NCBI GenBank assembly: GCA_965203515.1 | Contig: OZ241907.1 | Span: 1,504,001-1,568,000 of the forward strand | Length of the DNA stretch: 64,000 bases | Reading direction: 5' to 3' | Source of the DNA: Spirochaetia bacterium | GTDB taxonomy: Bacteria > Spirochaetota > Spirochaetia > SZUA-6 > Bin103 | In this document: one piece after another, positions 56,873-64,000 of the stretch | Layout of the letters: each line of letters opens with the position of its first letter | Position numbering within the stretch: the first letter of the stretch is position 1 | Translations under genes and position numbers: made by a program | The notes under the pieces: generated by a model | The model's database searches: none | Seen by the model: only the letters and a program-made list of their open reading frames with translations | Told to the model about the DNA's origin: nothing

Positions 56873-58120
56873 ATGACCTCCAGCGACGCTGACGGCGGCC
56901 GTTCCACCGCCGCTCGCGCCGACCTGTTTCAGAAGTGCCGCGACTATCAGGCATGGTTCGACGCCAAGGTCGAGGAGATCGGCTTCTATCCCTATTTCGC
57001 CGCCATCGAGGAGGTGCGCGGCACCACCGCCGTGATCGACGGCCGCGACCTGCTGATGATCGGCTCCAACAACTACCTCGGCCTGTCGGGGGACCCGCGC
57101 GTCCGGGAGGCGGCGATCGCGGCGGTCAAGCGCTACGGCACGACCTGTTCGGGGTCGCGGTACCTGAACGGCACGCTCACGCTGCACGAGGAGCTGGAGG
57201 CGGACCTGGCCGACTTCGTCGGCAAGCAGGCGGCGCTCTGCTTCACGACCGGCTACCAGACCAACCTGGGAGCGATCTCCGCGCTGCTCGGCAAGAACGA
57301 CCACATCTTCTCCGACCGGTTGAATCACGCATCGGTCATGGACGGCATCTTCCACGCATCCGGTCTGCGGCTCGGCTCGATCAAGACCCACCGGTACGCG
57401 CACAACAGCCCCCGCGACCTGGACCGAGCGCTGAGCGCGGCGCCCGCGGACGCCGGCAAGCTGGTCGCCACCGACGGGGTGTTCAGCATGGAGGGCGACA
57501 TCGTGCGCCTGGACGAGCTGACCGCGGTCGCCCGGCGTCACGGCGCCCGGGTCTACCTCGACGAGGCGCACGCGATCGGCGTGATCGGCGACACCGGCCG
57601 CGGCACCGAAGAACACTTCGGACAGCCGCTCGCCGACCTCGTCATGTGCACCTTCTCCAAGTCGTTCGGCTCGATCGGCGGCTTCGTCGCCGGCGACCGC
57701 GAGATCGTCAACTTCATCAAGCATCACGGCCGTTCGCTGATCTTCAGCGCCAGCATGCCGCCGGCCAACCTGGCGGCGGCGCGGGCGGCGCTGCGGATCA
57801 TGCGCGAGGAGCCGGAGCGCGCGCGCCGGCTGCAACGCACCGCGGCGCGCATGATCCGCGAGTACAAGGCGCTGGGCTTCGACGTCGGCGTGGCCGAAAC
57901 GCCGATCGTCCCCTTGATCATCGGCGACGACTATCTCACCTTCCGGTTCTGGCACGCCCTGTTCCAGGCCGGTATCTACGCCAACCCGGTGGTCAGCCCC
58001 GGCGTGCCGCCCGACAAGGCGCTCATCAGGACCTCCTACATGGCGATCCACACCGATGACGAGATGGACCGGGTGCTGGAGATCGCCGCCGCGGTCGGCC
58101 GGCGCCTGGGCATCATCTGA
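56873..58120 (+). CDS. Alpha-oxoamine synthase family PLP enzyme, serine-palmitoyltransferase-like
   Basis: GSNNYLGL, GSRYLNGT, NHAS, DGVFSMEGD, DEAH and TFSKS. Confidence 0.85.
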   Translation: MTSSDADGGRSTAARADLFQKCRDYQAWFDAKVEEIGFYPYFAAIEEVRGTTAVIDGRDLLMIGSNNYLGLSGDPRVREAAIAAVKRYGTTCSGSRYLNGTLTLHEELEADLADFVGKQAALCFTTGYQTNLGAISALLGKNDHIFSDRLNHASVMDGIFHASGLRLGSIKTHRYAHNSPRDLDRALSAAPADAGKLVATDGVFSMEGDIVRLDELTAVARRHGARVYLDEAHAIGVIGDTGRGTEEHFGQPLADLVMCTFSKSFGSIGGFVAGDREIVNFIKHHGRSLIFSASMPPANLAAARAALRIMREEPERARRLQRTAARMIREYKALGFDVGVAETPIVPLIIGDDYLTFRFWHALFQAGIYANPVVSPGVPPDKALIRTSYMAIHTDDEMDRVLEIAAAVGRRLGII

Positions 58121-58122
58121 CC

Positions 58123-58560
58123 GTGAGCCTGCCGGTCGTCACGCGGCTGCTCCCGCATCGGCCCCCGTTCCTGTTCGTGGACCGGCTGGAACGGGCCGAG
58201 CCGGAGCTGATCGTGGGCTACCGGCGGTTCCGGGACGACGAACCGTTCTTCGCCGGCCATTTTCCGTCCTATCGGGTCGTGCCCGGCGTGCTGCTGATCG
58301 AATCTCTGGCCCAGTGCGGCGGCGCCGGCATCGCCGCGCAGAGCGACGACGCCGGGTCGATCCTGTTCCTGGCGACGGTCGAAAAGGCCCGGTTCCGGCG
58401 TCAGGTACGCCCCGGCGATGAGGTGCGCATGGAGATCACCACCATGCGCCGCTCGCGCGCCATGATCCGGCAGAGCGGCAAGGCGTACGTGGGCGACGAG
58501 CTGGCCGCCGAGGCGACCTGGCTCTGCCTGCGCGCACCCGGCGGAACGCCCGCCGGGTGA
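58123..58560 (+). CDS. fabZ: 3-hydroxyacyl-ACP dehydratase FabZ
   Basis: LLPHRPPFLFVD, FAGHFP, PGVLLIESLAQ and FRRQVRPGD. Confidence 0.9.
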   Translation: MSLPVVTRLLPHRPPFLFVDRLERAEPELIVGYRRFRDDEPFFAGHFPSYRVVPGVLLIESLAQCGGAGIAAQSDDAGSILFLATVEKARFRRQVRPGDEVRMEITTMRRSRAMIRQSGKAYVGDELAAEATWLCLRAPGGTPAG

Positions 58561-58605
58561 CCGACCCGCCCTGCCGGGCGACTCCCCGCCGGGTGACCGA
58601 CCCGC
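58549..58605 (+). repeat. 21-bp direct repeat (36-bp period) spanning the fabZ stop codon
   Basis: CCCGCCGGGTGACCGACCCGC at 58549-69 and 58585-605. Confidence 0.9.
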
Positions 58606-58655
58606 GCGATCGTCCTGCGGGCGGCCGAATGCCTGCGGTCGACCCAGGTCGGCGG

Positions 58656-59222
58656 TCAGCCGAAGGTCAGCTCGATGCTCTTGAAGAACCGGTGGACCGT
58701 GCGCACCGAGTCGCGCCTGCCGTACGCCAGGATCATCGGGAACGCGCCGTCGTCGCCGGCGGTCTCCCGCACGAACGCGGCCGGCAGCGCCGCCTCCAGC
58801 GTGGTGGTCCCGTCGCGCTCGCGCACCGCGTGGGCGCTCGCGACCGCCACCGCGTCACTGACGTCGCGGTGCCGGTGACCGGAGCCTTCCTGCTCCGCAA
58901 AGAACACGGCGCCGTCGCGGTCGACGAAGCTGAACAGGATGCGCGCCCCGTCCATCACGTCCGAGCCGAAGCCGACCCCTACCCAGCCGGCGGTCGAAGC
59001 GGCGGCGGCCACGTACAGCGTGTCGCCGGCGAGCGCCACGCCGATGGCGATGCCGTCGTAGCGCAAGTCCAGCCGGTACTCCCCCTCGGAGAAGATGCCG
59101 TCGACGACCGGCGCCGCCTCCTGCGCCGTGACGACGCCCGCCGACCTCCCGCCGCGATCGGGGGCCTGCCCGGCGGCGACCGCCGCGACGGCCGCCAGCA
59201 GCCACGCCACCTTCCAGCGCAT
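58656..59222 (-). CDS. Secreted DOMON-domain protein
   Basis: Signal peptide; PVVDG..EY; GWVGVGFGSDVMDGA; ILAYG..H. Confidence 0.65.
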   Translation of the reverse strand: MRWKVAWLLAAVAAVAAGQAPDRGGRSAGVVTAQEAAPVVDGIFSEGEYRLDLRYDGIAIGVALAGDTLYVAAAASTAGWVGVGFGSDVMDGARILFSFVDRDGAVFFAEQEGSGHRHRDVSDAVAVASAHAVRERDGTTTLEAALPAAFVRETAGDDGAFPMILAYGRRDSVRTVHRFFKSIELTFG

Positions 59223-59284
59223 GGCGCGATGCATAGCGCAGTCCGGCGCCGCGCGCAACCGGCAGCGCCGCCGCGCAGACCGCC

Positions 59285-60454
59285 GTGGCTCCCGTAATCG
59301 TCTACCTCACCGGCTACCGGCAGCATGCCGGCAAGACCGTGACCAGCCTCGGCATCATCTCCCAGCTCCGGCGCGTGCTGGATCCGTCCACGATCGGCTA
59401 CGTCAAGCCGGTCGGTCAGGATGTCTCCACGCTGCGCGACGGCGTGCAGGTCGACAAGGACGTGCAGCTCCTGTCGGTGTTCAGTTCCCTGCCCGGATTC
59501 GAGCCGCGGCACCTGTCACCGGTGCGCTTCACCTCCGGGTTCACCCGCAACTACCTGGAGTCCGGGGATCCGCAGGCGCTGACCCGGACCCTGCAGCGCC
59601 GCATTCAGGAGTCGGTGGCGTCGCTCGCCGACAAGAAGGTGATCATCGCCGAAGGCTCGGGTCATCCGGGCGTGGGCGCCATCGTCGGTCTGTCCAACGC
59701 CGACGTCGGCAACATGCTCGGTGCGGAGATCGTCTTTCTGTCGGAGGGCGGCATCGGCCGCGCCATCGACACGCTCGAAATCTACATGTCGTACTTCCTG
59801 CACAAGGGGTGCCGCGTGCGCGGCGTCATCTTCAACCGGCTGATCCCGGACAAGATCCCCACCCTGCAGCGCTATCTCACCGAGGAGATGCTCAACGACC
59901 GGTATCCCGGGTTCGGCGGCGGCCTGCACGTCCTCGGCTTCATTCCGGCGGTGCAGGACCTGCCGCAGCCGTCGATGGATCTGGTGCTCGACTCGTTGCG
60001 CCATGCGGAGGCGATCGGCGACCCCCGCCACCCCACCTGGCAACGCCCGTGCCGGACGATCCGCGTGATCTCGCTCCCCGCGCAGTTCCTGCGGCCCGCG
60101 CAGGCGATCCGGCGGCGCGATCTGGTCGTCATCAGCGCCAACTCCACGCCGCGCATCCGCAGCATCCTGGCCTACCATCGACAGCTCGGCGCGACGCGCG
60201 GCATCGGCGGGCTGGTGCTGACCTGCGATGAAGGCGAGTCGCTGGCCCCCGAGCTGCGCGCCGACATCGTCGGCGCCGGGCTGCCGGCGGTGCTGATACG
60301 GGGCGACTCGGCCGCCACCGAAGCCCGCCTGTTCGGACTCTACGAGAGCACCAAGCTGCAGGTCTACGACGTCGACAAGGTGCGGGAGGTTGAGGAGGTG
60401 TTCAGCGCCTCGTTCGACGTCTACCGATTTCTGGACGTCTTCGGCATCAGCTAG
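59285..60454 (+). CDS. BioD-like (AAA_26) / DRTGG-type protein resembling the Pta N-terminus, without the acetyltransferase domain
   Basis: QHAGKT, GYVKPVGQ and AEGSGHPGVGAIVGLSNADV. Confidence 0.75.
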   Translation: MAPVIVYLTGYRQHAGKTVTSLGIISQLRRVLDPSTIGYVKPVGQDVSTLRDGVQVDKDVQLLSVFSSLPGFEPRHLSPVRFTSGFTRNYLESGDPQALTRTLQRRIQESVASLADKKVIIAEGSGHPGVGAIVGLSNADVGNMLGAEIVFLSEGGIGRAIDTLEIYMSYFLHKGCRVRGVIFNRLIPDKIPTLQRYLTEEMLNDRYPGFGGGLHVLGFIPAVQDLPQPSMDLVLDSLRHAEAIGDPRHPTWQRPCRTIRVISLPAQFLRPAQAIRRRDLVVISANSTPRIRSILAYHRQLGATRGIGGLVLTCDEGESLAPELRADIVGAGLPAVLIRGDSAATEARLFGLYESTKLQVYDVDKVREVEEVFSASFDVYRFLDVFGIS

Positions 60455-61742
60455 CGCCCGCCTCACCGCCCGCCGCGATGCGGCCGCCCGCATCACCCAC
60501 GATGCGGCCTGCCCTCATCACCAGCACCGGCGCGTTCGGCGGGCGCAACAGGGTGACGTCGCCGCGCGGGTCGCCGGCGACCGCGATCAGGTCCGCGCAC
60601 TTCCCCGGCTCGATCGACCCGACGCGCGCGTCGAGCCCCAGGGCGCGCGCGCCGCATGCGGTGGAGAGCTCGATCGCCCGCATCGGCGTCACGCCGGCGT
60701 GGCGCACGATCATCTCCAGCTCGGCGGCGTTGTCGCCGTGCGGGGTCAGATCGCGGATGCCGCAGTCGGACCCCAGCGCCACCGGCACGCCGCGGTCGAG
60801 CGCGTCGCGGACCACCTGCGGATACCGTTCCATCAGCCGCCGCGACGGCTCCGCCACGTCTGCGGAATAGCCGGCCTGCAGGGAGATCTCCGCCTGCGCG
60901 ACGTAGGGGAACAGGGTGCAGATCAGGTAGACGCCCCGCTCGGCCATCAAGTCGAGACAGCGGTCATCGGCAAGGCAGCCGTGCTCGATGGTGTCGACCC
61001 CGGCTTCGATCGCGTTGCGGATCGCCTGCGGGGCGACCGCGTGCGCGGCGACCCGGCACTCCTGGTTATGCGCCTCCTCGCACGCCGCGCGCATCTCCGC
61101 CACGGTCAGCTCCGGTCCGCCCTGCGCGGTGGCGGTTCCGCCGGCGCGCCCCGCCATCAGCTTGATGACGTCGGCGCCCGCCTTGAGTTGCCTGCGCGCC
61201 GCGCGCCGCACCGAGTCGGGCCCGTCGACCTCGACGAATCCGCCCATGTCCCAGCCGTGGCCGCCGCTCATGACGATGCCGCCGGCGCTGGCAAGGACGC
61301 GCGGCCCGTCGGTGAACCCCAGCCGGATCGCTTCGCGCACCGCCACGTCGCCGGCCTGCACGGCGCCGCCCACGTCGCGGACCGTGGTGTAGCCGGCGGC
61401 CAGCGTGCGGCGCGCGAAGCAGGCGCCGGCCAGCACGTCGCGGGCCACGCCGGGTATCGCCGCGTCGGTGCCGGCCTCCCGCTCGGTCGGGACCGCCCCC
61501 GGCTCGCGCCAGCGGTTGGACTCGCCGACGGCGTTGCCCTTGCACAGGTGGACGTGGCAGTCGATGAGCCCCGGCAACAGCGTGCCGCCGGCCAGGTCGA
61601 CGGTCCGGTCCGGCGGCGGCCGGCCGGCGACCGCCGCCGGTCCCAGCGCGGCGATGCGGTCACCGTCGACCAGCACGTCGGTCGCCGGATGGAATCCGCC
61701 GACCCCGTCGATCACGTCGGCGCCGCGCAGGAGCGTGGTCAT
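60447..61742 (-). CDS. Amidohydrolase family protein (Xaa-Pro dipeptidase-like)
   Basis: PGLIDCHVH, GADVIKLM, VAAHA, TIEHG, ALGSD and GKCADLIAV. Confidence 0.9.
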   Translation of the reverse strand: MTTLLRGADVIDGVGGFHPATDVLVDGDRIAALGPAAVAGRPPPDRTVDLAGGTLLPGLIDCHVHLCKGNAVGESNRWREPGAVPTEREAGTDAAIPGVARDVLAGACFARRTLAAGYTTVRDVGGAVQAGDVAVREAIRLGFTDGPRVLASAGGIVMSGGHGWDMGGFVEVDGPDSVRRAARRQLKAGADVIKLMAGRAGGTATAQGGPELTVAEMRAACEEAHNQECRVAAHAVAPQAIRNAIEAGVDTIEHGCLADDRCLDLMAERGVYLICTLFPYVAQAEISLQAGYSADVAEPSRRLMERYPQVVRDALDRGVPVALGSDCGIRDLTPHGDNAAELEMIVRHAGVTPMRAIELSTACGARALGLDARVGSIEPGKCADLIAVAGDPRGDVTLLRPPNAPVLVMRAGRIVGDAGGRIAAGGEAGAS

Positions 61743-62626
61743 GGCCGGCTGCCGGCGACCGGCCGGCCGTGCGGGTCATGGTGCGCCGGCTGCTCGACGC
61801 CGGCGGCGCGGCGCGCTTCGCCCTGTCGGTACCGGTGCTCCATCTCAGCGGCCCGCCAGCGCAGGAACGCCTGCTCCTGACGGTCGCGGTTGGCGGCGCC
61901 GGGCGCCGCCGGCACGTCGATCGCGCCGGTCGTCACCGCGTCGATCTTCCGTTCGCACGCCACCACCTCGCCCTTGCTGACGATCAACGTCACGCCGACG
62001 TTGGCCTCCACGATCGGCACGCCGTTCTCCCGGGCGCGCGCCAGCACGGCCCGGTCCTGGTTCCGCGAGCGCGACCCGTAGGAGGGGATCAGCAGGTAGC
62101 GGGCGCCGTCGAGCACCGGGATGCGGGCGATCTCGGGATTCCAGCGATCGTTGCAGATCAGCATCCCGCACGGGCCGAACGGCGTGGCGAACGCGCGCGA
62201 GCGCTCGCCAAGGCGGTTGAACCACCAGTCGGCGCGGTATCCTTCGGCAAACTGCATCTTGTGGCAGGCGCCGCACGTCGCCCCCGTCGCGTCGATGAAG
62301 ACCGCGCAGTTGTAGACGTCGCCGCCGATCCGCTCGGCCAGGCCGAACGCCAGACACATGCCGAGCTCGCGGGCGAGCGCCCGGAACCGATCAATCTCCG
62401 GCCCGCGCCGGCTCACCGCCGCTTCACGCATGCGCTCGGCCGGCTCGACCCCCTCGATGATCGGCATCACCACGTACCCGTCGAGCGCCCCTTCGGGGGC
62501 GACGGCCAGCTCCGCGCCGGTATCGGCCGCCTGCCGGAACAGCTCCTCCAGGCGGTCGCCGTTGGCGGCCACGTCGAACTTCCGGGGCCGGAACGAACAG
62601 GCGGCGACGCGGACCTGCGTAAACAT
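61739..62626 (-). CDS. Carbon-nitrogen hydrolase (nitrilase superfamily)
   Basis: APEG, CHK and LICNDRWNPE (E-K-C triad). Confidence 0.9.
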   Translation of the reverse strand: MFTQVRVAACSFRPRKFDVAANGDRLEELFRQAADTGAELAVAPEGALDGYVVMPIIEGVEPAERMREAAVSRRGPEIDRFRALARELGMCLAFGLAERIGGDVYNCAVFIDATGATCGACHKMQFAEGYRADWWFNRLGERSRAFATPFGPCGMLICNDRWNPEIARIPVLDGARYLLIPSYGSRSRNQDRAVLARARENGVPIVEANVGVTLIVSKGEVVACERKIDAVTTGAIDVPAAPGAANRDRQEQAFLRWRAAEMEHRYRQGEARRAAGVEQPAHHDPHGRPVAGSRP

Positions 62627-62642
62627 GCCGACCGGCCGGCCG

Positions 62643-64000
62643 TCAAAGCCGGTACAGATCGCCGAACTTGGCGTCGAGATAGTCGATGAAGTAACGCGCG
62701 TCGAGCGCTTCTCCGGTCACCCGCCGGCAGAGCTCGGCGGCCGGATAGACGCGCCCGTGACGGTGGATGCGCTCGCGCAGCCAGTCCAGGATCTCCGCGA
62801 ACCGCCCGCCGCGGACCCGCTCCTCCCAGTCCGGGAGGTCGCGCGCCATGGCGGCGTGGAACTGCGCGCCGTACAGGTTGCCGAGCGTGTAGGTGGGGAA
62901 ATAGCCGATCGCGAACATCGACCAGTGGATGTCCTGCAGCACGCCGTCGGCGTCGCGCTCCGGGACGACGCCGAGCAGCGCCCGCGATTCCTCCCGCCAG
63001 GCATCGGGCAGGTCGTCGACCTGCAGGTCGCCGTCGACCATGCCGCGCTCCAGCGAGAAGCGGAGCAGGACGTGCAGGTTGTAGGTCACCTCGTCGGCCT
63101 CCACGCGGATGAACGACGGCTTCACGGCGTTGATCGCACGGTAGAACCGATCGAGATCGACGTCGGCCAGCGCCGGGAAGCGCGGCTGGAGATGCGGGTA
63201 GAAGTGTTCCCAGAACGCGCGCCCGCGGCCGATCGGATTCTCCCAGAACCGCGACTGCGACTCGCAGATGCCGAGCGAGGCGCCGTCGCCCAGCGCGCTG
63301 GTGGCCAGCTCCGGCGCCACGCCCAGCCCGTGCAGTCCGTGACCGCATTCGTGAATCGTCCCGAACACGCCGGCGCTCAGCAGATCGGGCCGGAACCGGG
63401 TGGTGAGCCGGCCGTCAGCGGCGCCCAGCGTAGCGGAGAACGGGTGCGCGGAGACGTCCAGGCGCCCCGTCCGGGACGAGAATCCGAGCGCCGCCAGCAG
63501 ATCGTCGCTGAACGCGCGCTGCGCGCTCACGTCATAGTCGCGCCGCAGCACCCCGTCGTCGATCGTGACCGCCGAACCGGCGATCCGCTCCAGCAGGTCG
63601 ACCAGCGGGCCGCGCAGCGCGTCGAGCACTCCGGCGAGCTCCGCGCTGCTCATCCACGGCTCGAATTCGTCCAGCAGCGGATCGTAGCGGGTATCCCGGA
63701 ATCCCAGATGGTCGGCCTTCTCGCGGGTGAGGCGCACGGTCTCCCGCAGGTCGTCCCGGAAGAGGCCGAAGTCCGACGCCTCGCGCGCGGCCACCCAGCT
63801 CGCCTGGTTGACCGCGGCCTGATGGGCGATCGCGGTCACCAGCTCGACCGGCAACCGGGTCTCCCGATCATAGGTCCTCCGCAGCTCGCGCAGGAATGCC
63901 CGATCGGCGTGGTCGAGGTCGGTGCGCGCTTCGCCGGCGGCGATCAGCTCGCCGAGCTCGGGCGCGGTCAGGCGCTCATGGACCTGGCCTTCGAGCAGGG
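62643..64000 (-). CDS. M32 carboxypeptidase, 5'-truncated by the window edge
   Basis: HPF, HECGH, ESQ, IRVEADE, LQDIHW and GYFPTYTLG; the frame stays open to the window end. Confidence 0.92.
   Translation of the reverse strand, partial: LLEGQVHERLTAPELGELIAAGEARTDLDHADRAFLRELRRTYDRETRLPVELVTAIAHQAAVNQASWVAAREASDFGLFRDDLRETVRLTREKADHLGFRDTRYDPLLDEFEPWMSSAELAGVLDALRGPLVDLLERIAGSAVTIDDGVLRRDYDVSAQRAFSDDLLAALGFSSRTGRLDVSAHPFSATLGAADGRLTTRFRPDLLSAGVFGTIHECGHGLHGLGVAPELATSALGDGASLGICESQSRFWENPIGRGRAFWEHFYPHLQPRFPALADVDLDRFYRAINAVKPSFIRVEADEVTYNLHVLLRFSLERGMVDGDLQVDDLPDAWREESRALLGVVPERDADGVLQDIHWSMFAIGYFPTYTLGNLYGAQFHAAMARDLPDWEERVRGGRFAEILDWLRERIHRHGRVYPAAELCRRVTGEALDARYFIDYLDAKFGDLYRL

Noticed and set aside
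58549..58640. 36-bp-period repeat as a TIGR/CRISPR-like mini-array
   Set aside because: There are only two units, they overlap the fabZ stop codon, and no associated effector gene is present; better explained as a local duplication.

Overview
A 64-kb window from a very GC-rich bacterium. It is probably a spirochaete: this is inferred from the comEC-rsmA adjacency, the 'xAGQxE'-type solute-binding-protein leaders and the Bdr-like genes. The left ~47 kb is an accessory catabolic region. It holds three ABC importer modules (none with an ATPase), three BNR/sialidase-like proteins, a heparinase II/III-like lyase, an oligogalacturonate lyase-like protein, two GH10-like proteins, a rhamnulokinase and a DapA-family aldolase. 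Interspersed are two VapBC-type toxin-antitoxin pairs, an AT-richer ABC-ATPase + TOPRIM-like pair (a defence candidate), three paralogous Bdr-like membrane-anchored proteins with different heptad-repeat counts, and a doubly frameshifted DUF1156 adenine methyltransferase. After tRNA-Lys(TTT) and a bactofilin gene comes a stand-alone HNH endonuclease gene. It has a near-consensus leaderless promoter and an internal array of CTTCG-N4-CGAAG palindromes. Next is an N6-adenine methyltransferase split by a complete IS3-family element with an ATT target duplication, then housekeeping-type genes (tyrA, rsmA, comEC, TlpA, an SPT-like synthase + fabZ, M32 carboxypeptidase). Two signatures recur across the window: apparently leaderless genes and short tandem duplications. 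No CRISPR array or rRNA was found. All family assignments come from motifs read by eye, not from database searches.
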